A DNA stretch of 55,534 bases, filler included, from Sphacelaria rigidula (lineage: Eukaryota), in NCBI GenBank assembly GCA_964200075.2. It is 6 parts of 6 records of this genome, joined end to end, with 100 filler letters (N's around TTAATTAATTAA, not from the genome) between each part and the next. Parts side by side here need not be neighbours in the genome. Positions count along the whole stretch, not along the records: positions 1 to 9,174 come from CAXNAA020009125.1; positions 9,275 to 18,447 come from CAXNAA020009126.1; 4 more parts are not named here. The stretch is one strand, 5' to 3'. Under the pieces are notes generated by a model. It was given only the letters and a program-made list of their open reading frames with translations, was not told the DNA's origin and did no database searches. Made by a program: the position numbers and the translations under genes. Shown one piece after another: positions 1-11,216 of this stretch (its first letter is position 1; each line of letters starts with the position of its first letter).

Positions 1-429
1 ACGCCTAGGCAGGTTGCAATGGGGGAGCCACGGTGGGTGTGGGTGCGTAGGGGTGGTGGTGGGTCGTTTGGGGGGGTATGCACGTGAACATAGTACGGTA
101 ATATACGAGCTGGGCCAGCTGACAGTGACTCGTGAATGTATCCGAGCCGGGCGGTGGGTAATCCGAAGCGTTGGGTACTGAAATTTTGACATAACATTTC
201 CATCATCACTACGAACAACATTCCCGGGGATACCGAGAAAATAAACAAAAAAAAAAGGAAGTTAGAGCGATTTGAAGTTTCTGCAAAAACTAGAAAAATG
301 CCAAAACTCCGTGAAAATAAATAAATACGGGGGCATCCCTAGTGTAGTTGCGCGTCGTTGTGTGGAGGTGCTCCTGGTACAATTTCGCCCAGAAATTCCA
401 GAAATTCGGCGCAGCATCCATCTTTTCGT

Positions 430-520
430 GTGGCACGGCTGCGTTCGTTTAATCCACGTGATGCAGTTGACTCCAGCTATAGAGGTCACGAGTTCGAATC
501 CCGACGGATTCCTTTTCCTT
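430..520 (+). repeat. Degenerate tRNA-derived SINE head
   Basis: B-box GAGTTCGAATCCC at ~490-502; no complete cloverleaf. Confidence 0.35.
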
Positions 521-1127
521 TGTTCCGTCGGTTAGGTCATGGATTGTGCAGCACATTTTTCCTCAGTTTTTTTCATTCAGCGGCGGTCCCGTGCGTGACC
601 ACGTTGGTCTGCAGGTCACACCGATATACTCAAGTTGGGCTGATTTAGTGATCTTGATAAATTATGGTGTGACATGCAAATGCGGGACTTACTGCTGACC
701 CAGCTCGTATAACTTTTTCTAGCTGAGAGTGGGATGTACCCCACGGGTTTGTCGAAAAATAGGGCACGTGCTTCAACAAGCTCCCCTTCCCCGAGCTCAA
801 GTCAACCCCATTCACATGTGTCGAAGACAAAAAGTGGTTAGGCATACCGCCAAAGCACTTATAGTGTGGGGCTGAGGCGCTGGAACGTGTTTTAGAAGTC
901 CTCGGCCCACGTGCAGCGCTGGGCCCCGAACCGAAAAGTGCGCTACCGTATCTTGTTCCCGAAACCCGAGGGTATACCCTATTTTGTTGTTTTCCCTTGA
1001 ATAATTTCCGGGTGGATGGGATGCATGACTGGATGGCCTGATAGGTGTTGATTTCGAAACCACACAGTGCAGGGAGAAACGAACGCAATACAGATTGATT
1101 GGTGGGTGAGATTGCTAGAGATCTCAC

Positions 1128-2670
1128 GTTTGGACCCACGCCCTGACGTCAGCGACAGCGTCGGCCTGCAGTTCGTGAGCGACCCGCTGGGCCAGGCTTG
1201 TCCCGGAGTCGCTCCGCAGCAGATTATCGGTCATATCTCTCAGCTGCGACGATTGAAACAAACAAAATAGAGCCCACAAAACATATGGCACATGACAAAA
1301 TGAACACAGGATGAAGATATTCGAGACAAAAGCACCGGCACCATACACCAAGACGTGCAATTCTACTTGTCACGCATTAACAAATCTCTCAAGTACCCGG
1401 TGGTGATCACAACAACGACGAAACCAACATAAAACAAAACGGACACGCTGCACTCGCAAAAACAAATAGTGAGAAATGCATGAAAGATGGAGAACAAACA
1501 GAGTTAACTAAAAAACAAGAAGCAAAGCCAATCAGAATAGCAACAACAAAAGGAAAAGGGAAGGGAAGGGAGGAGGAAGAACCGTACCAATATATATATA
1601 TATATATATACATTGCGATGGAAATTGAACACAAAATTGATGGATGATGAAATAAAACGATAAATGGCCGTCTCATTTAGCATGGCTCCAGGTGCACAGA
1701 AGAAAACAAGGCCGTGCGCATGAAAAACACGTGCACCCATACACAAAATGAACACAAGGCCGTGGGAGCAGATTGCGCCTCGGCTATTTCGGGCCATACT
1801 TTTGGGGGCATAACCCCCCTCCCCTATGAGCCCTACGGAAGCAAAGCACAAACTGCTGCCACAAAACGCCGGGAGGAGAGCAGCAGCGAGAGATAGAAAG
1901 AGATCGGAGAGAGGAAGAAATACACGGAATGTCATTGCATTCAACCAATCGAATCCAACAGTAGACCTTACCAAACGTACGTGAACAATGGTTGGTACTG
2001 GATTTCACTTGATTTCAGACTGAAGAAAGTTTTGATGAAATTTATGGACTGGGGCAAGTGAGCAGTGGTGAGCAGTAGACTCAGCTCGTCCGGAACGTGT
2101 TTTGGTCCAAAATCGGCTGAAAGGCGTAGGTTTGAGCTCTGGAAACGCACATTTGTGCATCCCCCTTGCCCGTGGGTTCTCGGTATGCCTTGGTCGAGTT
2201 TAGGGTAAGGGTTAGCATTAGGGTTGGCGGCATCTCCATAGTACCAACCATTGTTCACGTATATTTCCTTAGGTCCCCTTAAATCCAAATCCAATCCGAA
2301 CCCAAATCCAAATCCAAATCCGATTTCAAACCCAAACTCAAACTCGAGGTCAAACCCATTTCAAATCTAAGCATCAATCTTCACACGAAAAACGGGACAA
2401 GAAACCAAGAGTAAAAATCCAAACAAATCCAAGCAATACTCACGAACTTCCTCTGCTCCTTGGTATACCCGCCCTCATTCTGCTCCGCCCGACGTCCCCC
2501 CACTCCATCCATACCGTCGTCATCATTCACTCCCACCAGACCGCCCGCGGTCCCCTCCCTCCAAAACGCCGACGTACACTCGAAACCCCGAAATATGATC
2601 GTCGCTGCCTTTTCCCCGCCCGGTGGCCCGCCGACGCTTCCCCTCCTACCCCCGATGATCCCCGCATGAC
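1128..2670 (-). CDS. Two internal exons (2670-2444, 1243-1128) of an unidentified protein-coding gene
   Basis: ttgcag|...|gtgagt and cgcag|...|gtgaga splice sites, GC-rich and stop-free. The phase-0 join reads ...EQNEGGYTKEQRKF|LRDMTDNLLRSDSGTSLAQRVAHELQADAVADVRAWVQT. Family not recognised. Confidence 0.55.
1980..2259. mobile_element. Tc1/mariner-type MITE (280 bp) with an internal telomere-like tract
   Basis: Perfect inverted repeat tacgtgaacaatggttggtact (1978-1999) / agtaccaaccattgttcacgta (2240-2261), including a TA TSD. Confidence 0.8.
2280..2345 (+). repeat. (CCAAAT)n-like simple repeat
   Basis: aaatccaaatccaatccgaacccaaatccaaatcc... Confidence 0.8.
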
Positions 2671-3243
2671 CTGCAAGTCAGGGAATATAGGTACGTGATT
2701 AGAAAGGGGTAGGACTGTACATCGGGATAAATTATTAAGATCTCATCACCGCATCGGCGAGAAAATATCATACATCGGTCCGTCGAACGCTCATCAGCTA
2801 CCTAAACAGTCTCATTAGTGTACTAATGCGAATCATGAGGTAGTTCATGCGGCCCCCGTTCCCAAATTTGCTTCCTGCCGCGCTGGACGCCCACCACGCG
2901 GGAGTAGTACAAAGCGTGCGCTTCGGCTTTTATGGCCTGTGACGCCAGCCAGTGGAAGCACTGTTGGATCACTGCTGTTGAGGGATTCCCCAGTCGTACT
3001 GGCCTCAGTTTCAGTTGTCAGCCTCCAACAACATTCTCATTATTCAGGAGTGCCCTTCCAAGGCACCCACCCGGACACGCCTGAGTATCAACTAGTGTCC
3101 CTGGTCATTATCCAGATCATCACTACCAACGGTCATTATCCATATCATCACTACCAACTCAACGTAACCGCGTATTTTTGCGCGCTTGGGATCACTGGAT
3201 CGAGAGGCCCTCTTGATCAGGTTTAGGTAGCTCCCCGATGCGT

Positions 3244-4490
3244 GGAATATATCGGCGGTCGTTTGGTACGGCAGGGGAAGGCACAAACCCGATCGTAATT
3301 ATGCCACCATCCGATAGATGATGACCTTATTGCGCCTTACGAATTTCCGTAAAGTGTCGATGGCGCGGTATTTTCAATGCTGACAGGCGGAGACACTACC
3401 CCGATCGTACCTATACCATGTTCTGGTAGATGAATGACCTGAGTACCCGCGATACATTGCTCAGTCGTCGATGGTGATATCTTCAGTGGCGACACGCGAG
3501 GGCTCGAGCGGACTCGCGCCATTATCCGTCAGAGTGATGAACCCGACTACGCCCAACATATCGCTCAAGTACCGATGGCGGGTCTGACACACTTCGGACA
3601 GCTCATGAGCCACCTAAATATTACTATTGATAGCGTACTGATTCAGATCGTGAGCTACCTCATTTTATCACTTACCCCCCCCCCCCATATTTGCTCTCTA
3701 CAGCGCTGGACAACGAGCACGCGCAGTAGAGCAAAGGTACCGCTTTGATTCCTCGCACTCCGCTGTCACCCATGTCGTGTTCTTGGACAACGGGTCTGAG
3801 AGTCAACTTCGACGAACTATTTTGGGTTAGCCCATGAGCTGTCGCATGTGTGGCATGTTCAAGGGCAACGGGCGAGGGCGCCAGCCCGATCGTGCTCGCG
3901 CTATCATCTATTAGATAGTGACATTACTATATCCGATATATTGGCCAAGTATCGATGGTGATGTCATCAGGGGCGACAGGCGAGGGCTCGAGCCCGATTG
4001 TACTTGTGCCATTATCCCTTAGATTACGACCTAAATCGATTCATTATTTGATCGATTGTCGCACATCAACTGATCAGTATACCCAATATATCGGTAAACG
4101 GTTCCATGTTAAATCTCTCGACGGGCGGGAGGCGAGGGCGCAAGCTCGATCGTACATACGCCATTACTTGAAAGATGATCACCTGAAAATGTCCATTATA
4201 TCGGCGAAAAACTATCGGTAGTCACATTTTTGGGGGCAAGAGGCGAAGACGGAAGCCCGATCGTACTCATGCTATTATCCGTTCGATGGTGATCTAAAGT
4301 ATGTTCGGCAAATCGGTCAAGTATTGATGGCGGTATCTTGAGATGCCAGAAAAGGGCGAGAGTCCCATCACACCCGAGCCATTATCCGTTAGACAATGAC
4401 CTGAACATGCCCGACATATCGCCCTAGTATCGATGTTCTTATCTGTGAGAGCGACTGGCGAAGGCGCAAGCGCGATCGTACGTGAGTCGA
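3244..4490 (+). repeat. Degenerate tandem array, ~105-110 bp unit, ~9 units
   Basis: Motif ggcgagggcncnagcccgatcgtac...ccattatccg...gatga recurs at ~3280, 3390, 3495, 3872, 3978, 4130, 4240, 4355 and 4457. Confidence 0.75.
3587..3851. mobile_element. TIR MITE inserted into the tandem array
   Basis: acacacttcggacagctcatgagccacctaaata vs reverse complement acacatgcgacagctcatgggctaacccaaaata; interrupts one array unit. Confidence 0.6.
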
Positions 4491-4630
4491 CACTGACTGG
4501 AGAATAATTGATTTCTACATCGTGCATGCTATGTTCGAAGACGGGAGATTGGTGATAGTAGTGCAGATTGTCAACACAAAACGATGCATCGTATCCGTTC
4601 GATGCATCGATAATGTCCGTTGATAGATAG

Positions 4631-4774
4631 TACACCCTGGACAATGTATTTATTGTATTGGCAAAAATTGCACTGCGTGCGACATCAAATCTTTTGTCTG
4701 TTGCAGTACACAGCAGATTCGATATACTGTGCGCGGAACACATTTTGACGATACAACCTGTTGTCGAGGGTGTG
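4631..4774. mobile_element. Non-autonomous hAT MITE sharing TIRs with the 38170-44948 element
   Basis: tacaccctggacaat...gttgtcgagggtgtg; flanks atagatag/attgatac (6/8 TSD match). Confidence 0.6.
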
Positions 4775-5295
4775 ATTGATACACAACCGTAAAAAAAAGG
4801 GGGGGGGGCAATGAAAACCAACCCTCTTAACCGATTTTGAGTCCACCTTCGCTACCCGTGGACCCTCTGTTAATTTGGTTCACGTGTGCCGAGGTACGTA
4901 AGTATACCAACATATCTAAAAGCCGCTTGCAGTTGTCTATTAATATCTGTTTTGTCATCTTCACCGTTTGGCCGACACGATGTGTCATATGGGTCTTCGA
5001 TGCATTTTTCAAGTGAAAATGATGCCGGCTTAACAGTCGACTGCCCCGGGGTGGTCAAGGGTTACTTGAAGGCATTATTGACGGGTCCATTTTTATTTTT
5101 CAAAATTAGGCGAATTTTCAGGGGGATTTTTTTTTCGACTCCTTCTCCAGGTCAGGCAATAAATCGATTCAAGAATGACTACAGATTCCTCCGAAACTTT
5201 AGCGTCCGGACATTTTTTCTGCATTTTTTTCGGACAAAGTCTGAAAAAGGAATTCAATTTTTCGGGAAAAGCAGGAACAAAAAATGAAAAAGTTG

Positions 5296-5465
5296 CATAC
5301 CCTGGACAAAATGTGGTCAATAGTTGCAGTGATAAAAAATAAAAAGGTAGTGCATAAAGTATAGGCCTATTACAACTACTGCCGGACAGACAATAGTTGC
5401 AATAGGCGAATACTTGATACACTACATTTTTTTAAATCTATTAAGCACATATCGTCCAGGGTGTG
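5296..5465. mobile_element. Non-autonomous hAT MITE sharing TIRs with the 38170-44948 element
   Basis: cataccctggacaaa...atcgtccagggtgtg; flanks aaaagttg/aaaaactg (6/8 TSD match). Confidence 0.65.
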
Positions 5466-5481
5466 AAAAACTGTCTTGTCA

Positions 5482-5948
5482 CTTAGACCATCTTTCATGG
5501 CAACCAATCTCGATCTGTACAAATATGAGGATTTCAGCACGTCTACAGGGGATTTTTTCCCGTGGTTTGATTTTTCGGGCCCCAGTCTGTTGGGCAATGT
5601 TTTTTGGCTAGCTGTGAGCGAAAGAGATCAATTCTCCGATTTTCTGGGTCTTGGCTTTTAACACTTCACTTTGTTGCTCAAATCGGGACATTCCCGCATC
5701 TCCACCGATTTTGTGGAAAATATCGGTGGAGATGCGGGAGTGTCCTGATTTGAGCAGAAATGTGGTATACCAAAAGTCGACGTCCAGAGAATCGGAGAAT
5801 TGATCTGGTTTGCTCACAGCTAGCCGAAAAAAATGCCCAACGTACTGGGGTCCGAGAAATCAATCCGCGGGAGAAAATCGCCTGTAGACGTGCTGAAATC
5901 CTCATATTTGTACAATTCGAGATTGGTTGCCATAAAAGACGGTGTAAG
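5482..5948. mobile_element. Foldback/hairpin MITE, ~230-bp arms
   Basis: Whole element is an imperfect palindrome centred near 5715; ends cTTAgaccatc...gacggtgTAAg (TA-type TSD). Confidence 0.85.
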
Positions 5949-6987
5949 ACCTCTTAGTCCCTGCGCGCGAGAAAATCGGCTTTCGGAATAGCATCGCTGG
6001 CTGACCTTCCACCATACTCAACCCCAAAGCTAAAGCTGAACACCTCCTGCCTCCTTTGTACGCATAACCTCCAGCGTCGACATACCGCGTGTTTCGCCAT
6101 CCCCAACCCATACCCGCTACATCAAAAGTGCCCCTTCTCGACACATTTCTTCAGCGGTCCTTGCGGGTTCATCTAGCCAAATTCGTGCCAAGGGCAATTG
6201 CGTCATTAAAAGCTGTTCAACTGAAAGGGTTCACGCGAAGAAACCCGTCGCCATGAGCATGCCACGGTCGAACATCCCTCATTTGTTTCTTCATCGAACT
6301 TCAACTCACCCCGTGGGCGGCAAGACACAAGAGTACAGGGAGAGACTCAACAGAAGAGGACCACCACTACGCATGGAAAAACATGCTCGGGGTTCATAAA
6401 TATTCCCGTGCCTCTTTGCGCTACAAAACTAGTCGTCGAAAAACAGGACGACCCTCCCGTCGCTGCTACAGTTCTCACGCACACACATTCGAGCAATGAC
6501 GGTTGCGCAAAGATCCACACGCCAGACAGATCATGATCAGTCTGAAAATTACTCTTTCTCAGTATACGGATCCGGATCATGACCCGGATCATTTGATCCT
6601 CTTTTTTCCACGTTTGCTGCTTACGGCGCCGGAAGCTGAGCACGCCGAGTGGTGCAAAGGCTGCGCTTTGGCGTTCCTGACTCCGCGGTCACAAATTTTG
6701 TGTTTTCGGAAACAACAGACACGAGAGTCTTATTTGATTAGCTGTTTCAGACAGATCATGACCCGTCCGACGTCGGAAAAGATCCAGTCGCGTGTCAGGG
6801 GTGTTATCAGGGTGCTTGGAAACAAGCACACGGAATAATATGGTGTTCATGTCATTGACGGAGGGAGGGACTCGCAAACAAAGAGAAGCTCCGCAGGTAA
6901 ACCGCCACGGTTTCTGGTTTTGGACGTCAGACCGAAAGATATTGTTCGGAATCGAGTTATGGTGCTCAAGGGGTTGAGCCAAGAGCG

Positions 6988-7505
6988 AAGGGGAGGTATT
7001 GATGATCTTGCACCCCGTCGTCATATGACCATTGACCGCGCATCCCTCCAGAGCCGCAAAGGCGCACGCGCGTTTCGGCCGGGCTAGGCTCGCAGTCACA
7101 AGCGCGAAGCGCCGTGATGTGTTTGGCGAGTTGAATAAGGGGCGACCTGCATTTTGCCAAGATTGCTCGGCCCGAACGGTGCTAATTATCTTGCATATGA
7201 ATGACAGCCCCCGATGATTTGCTTCATTTTCTTCTGGTATCGCCACTTTCGGAAACAATCGCGGCTTTTACTGCTTCACAGGTGTCGCACTATTTGAACA
7301 CCATGCAGTATTAACATCCATCCCCTTCGCGCGGAGTTGAGGTTTTCCATCTCGCACAATATGATCTAACTCCACCACCCTTCATCGTTTCCTCAAAAAA
7401 ACGCAATCGAGAACGGAAACGGTAACTTGGCTGCCCAGCTTACGCAGCGAGTGGCGTGGTTTACGGCATCGTTGCCGACCGACGCCAACCATTCGAGAGA
7501 GAGGA
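6988..7505 (+). repeat. Dispersed repeat family A, full-length copy
   Basis: Colinear with 12043-12606 and with the reverse complement of 45361-45900. Confidence 0.8.
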
Positions 7506-8497
7506 GACGACGATAACGACGGCGACAATAAAGGGCGGTGCTACGAAAAAGGATTTTACAGACAAGCAGACCTTTAGTGGCTCAAATCAAGCGCTACACC
7601 GAATCGTTGCTGACTTGAACTGAGAATTTTACCGGATCTTTGCTCAACTGAACTGAATTCTATCATAATAGTCCTGAGAACATGTAGCACCTGCATACAC
7701 GAAGGCGTCTCGTCGTCTGTCGGTTGGTACGATGTTTTCGGCCTAAACAAGATCTGTGGGCAAGCGTTTTTAGTGCAGAGTTAAATCAAGTGAAATAGCT
7801 CGTCCGAGGTGTCGGCTGGTACACACTTTCGAACGGGACCGTCGCGCAGGGTTTGTGTGGAAGGTCCACCGCTGCCACGTCCGTCGGTTCGTGTGCCAGG
7901 CCACTTCTCATGGTCCAAACAACAACTCTCCTGGGAACTGGTCATTCTTATTGTCCGTCTTCGTCGTTTTACCCCCCATAAGAGGGCTAGGCAAATGGAT
8001 TTCGACACCTTCGAACGATTTGCTATGAATAGTCGTTGAGACGGTTCGGAGGCGCCCGAACCTTCGCGTTTCCTCTGGGCGCAGCAATGTTTTGGCCAAA
8101 CTTATATTCAGAGGTAATTCTTACAAACATACAGTCACAAATTCCCCGAAAATATTTCGACTTTTTGGGTACGTTTCCACGCAGTTGGGTACGTTTCCAC
8201 GCAGATGGCGTTTGCGCGCGGGAGGGGGGAGGGGGAGGGGGGAATTGAGCGGGAAAATCTTCAACCAGCTCGCACTAAGGTCAAACTTCGTTCGTGCGCG
8301 AAATGTGGCGGAACCCCCTCCGATTGTAGACCAATTCATCCCAAGCTGGCAGAAGCCGCCTATCCGCTTCTGTCGCGCGAAAACCTTGGCAAGGGGGCCG
8401 AAAAAGGCGCTTTTCTGAGGCATGTATTTTTGTCGAACCACGAGAAGTGTCGTCACAGAAAGAAAAAAAATATGAAAACGCGTCGATTGTCATACAC

Positions 8498-8720
8498 GGC
8501 GTACTCATGATGTTGCATGTCGTAGTCGTAACACCATTGACCTAGCATCCCCACGAAGCCGGCACGGGGCAGGCAGGGATTTCGCCGGACCAGGCTCACA
8601 ATCACCAAGCGCGAAGTGCCGTGATGTGTTCGGCGAGTCGCATGAACGGTGAGCTGCATCCCGCGAAGATTGTTCGGCCCGAAGCATACTGATTTTCTCG
8701 TATATGACAGCTTACGATGA
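8498..8720 (+). repeat. Repeat family A, 5' partial copy
   Basis: gtactcatgatg...ccattgacctagcatcccc...gccgtgatgtgttcggcgag...gttcggcccgaagc. Confidence 0.75.
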
Positions 8721-8877
8721 ATCATTACACGGAGTCATCAAAATGAGTGCTACAGGAGCTTACGGCTAGTAAGAAACACGTGAACAACAACTCAGGCTGG
8801 ACTGCGTTATCGAGATAAGGGAAGAGTTAAGACGTGAGAAATCGACAAGCCTATTCGCCCTACTGCACTCATTTCCA

Positions 8878-9020
8878 ACGCCGTGTTCTGTAGGATTCGG
8901 ATATGTTCGGTAGGGCATGATATTTCTAACAAAACGTACACCGCTTACAGAAACTATCGAGTAGCGGTATGAACGGCTTCCAGAACTCACAGAAGTGTCG
9001 AATATGGGTAATACCTCGGT
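8878..9020 (-). repeat. Fragment related to MITE family B
   Basis: cttacagaaactatcgagtagcggtatg and cagaactcacagaagtgtcg are reverse complements of the family B internal repeat. Confidence 0.5.
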
Positions 9021-9174
9021 GAATATTTTGTTTTATCTCGGGTGCGTCTATCATGTGACCACGGCTGGATTCCTGGGGGGGGGGGGGGGGGGGGCCAAAA
9101 AAAGCGAACAAAAAACCAAAAAAACAAACAAAAAAAAACACCTTCGCCTAAAACAAAAAAACCCACCCTTTCAA

Positions 9175-9274
9175 NNNNNNNNNNNNNNNNNNNNNNNNNN
9201 NNNNNNNNNNNNNNNNNNTTAATTAATTAANNNNNNNNNNNNNNNNNNNNNNNNNNNNNNNNNNNNNNNNNNNN
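9175..9274. other. Artificial scaffold spacer (N44-TTAATTAATTAA-N44)
   Basis: Exactly 100 bp, with a core that has stops in all six frames; identical spacer occurs five times. Confidence 0.97.
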
Positions 9275-11216
9275 ATCGTAGAAAGTGTCATGCTTGCCGA
9301 TTAAACGAAGTACCTTTCGCTGCAAGTCTATATTGCCACCGCGACGGGATTCGTAGGGAATCAGATAATGGAAGGCACTCTGTCGATGAAATCAATTAAC
9401 GACATCGAGGCAGTGGACAAGAAAGCCGCTGTCTTAGCCGTGAGGCGTGTTCTGCTTAAAAAAAAAACCAGAAACAATCAACACGATGTCAGAGCCGACG
9501 AACTACACAAGCGGATAACGAGCAAATGTGCAGTGACCAGGAAGAAGGATACTCGGTGAGTCTGGGTCCTTTGGGGCTAACGGTGGTCAGCGATATTGCA
9601 CACGTGAAAATGGACGCAAGGTACATACGGTTTCTTGCCCGTAAAAGGGTGAATCACTGCCCTCCAAAGAGGTACAAGTAGCCAGAACACGCACTTCCTG
9701 GCCAACAGAAGAAGGTGACGTCCACGGAAAGTACAGGCGAGCAAGTACATCTTGCCATTGTAAGCAGGTTGTACCTGTAGGGTGCGAAACAGCCCCGGCG
9801 GGTTCCCCGTAACCACGCAGCTGTCTTGGGCACCATCCTGTTCGCTTTCTTCTGTTCTCCTTGCAAAGCTTCAGCAGAGACGAAGCATCACTACGTGTGT
9901 TGTCGGCGCTACAATAGACGACTGAACTGATAGCGGCTACCTACCGACTGGAAGAGCGAGTAATTCCTCTTGGATTCCATCCTGTATTCGTACACTTTGA
10001 ATGCATAAACCACGCATTCGCAACGTCGACTGCATGCACGCTTAAGACTCCGGTACACACCGGGTACGATAGTCTCTTGAGGGGTAGCGCACGGCACTGT
10101 ACCGTGCCGTGTATGCCGTGTCGTACGGTACTGTCCGGTCCGCAGTAAGAAAAGGCCGTGAAAAAGGCAAGGTCCTATCTGTCCGCTTCAACCGCTTGGG
10201 CAGGAGAAGCCACATCAAGTCACATCTTGACGCTAAATCGGCGACTCTGCACAATCGGTAAGGTTGGACGAATCTGCACGATCCACAGTTGGTTGGAGGC
10301 AAGTCTGTAGTGGGAAGTGGTGGGGCGACTCGCTCCCCCGCAGACGTTGCTACCAATACAGTTGTACTAATTTCTGCGGTGCCCCCCTTTTCTGCGGCGT
10401 TCATGCATATGAAGGCTGCATCGTTGAAAGTAGCGTCTCGAGCACGAGGTCTCGTTCCGGGAACAATGGCGCCCATTGACCATCAACGCCGGTAGCCTCC
10501 ACTGTCTCGCGCGAGCACCATCTAATCCGGACGGCGAAGTATCGCGGTAAATTCGTTAGTCCCCAATCATTCTCCTCTCTATCGTGTATTGCCCAAGTAG
10601 TTGCAAATACGTTTCGCGTATTCCCATCGGCCGATCCATTACAGTATGATAGTATCCGCCTCTGGCACCTGGCGCTCAAAGGGTTGGTAATACAAACGAC
10701 CGTCAAGCCGGAGGATGTTTATTCGTTTGACCACTCGATATTCTTAGCACAAGCACAGCAGCGGTGCGTACATACATATAAAAACGATGAACAGAAGGAA
10801 AATGATTTGGCAAGATAATCGAGTGGAAAATGTCACCGCCTTCCCTCCCATCTCCGAATAAGGGGTAGGAACAAGTGCCGTGAGACGAACCAAGGTCCAC
10901 ATAATAGTCGCACGCGGGGTGATATTTGATGGAGAGGCACAAGAAGAGATTCGATGGAGGCACAATGCAGCTTGCGGTAGAGGCTGATGATCGTGGTCCA
11001 CACATACAGTTGTTGCACTGGTCAAGTTTTAGATCGAAACAAAATTGTGAGCTGTAATCACTTGTGCTTATTACAGCGAAGCACTGCAGGGACACGAGAG
11101 CAAGGCCACTGCTTGTAGAGCAACTCGAGAACTGTGAGCAGTTGCATCATACCAGGCCCTTCCTTTGTCTCCTTCTCCGTTCCCGCCTTCCCCCCACCGC
11201 GTTCCACACAATGCAG

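Noticed and set aside
3244..4490. CRISPR-like repeat/spacer array
   Set aside because: Units are homologous along their whole length and highly diverged; there is no invariant repeat with unique spacers and no cas genes, and the context is eukaryotic
9219..9230. Recurrent TTAATTAATTAA as a biological motif
   Set aside because: Always centred in N44 flanks; it is an assembly linker
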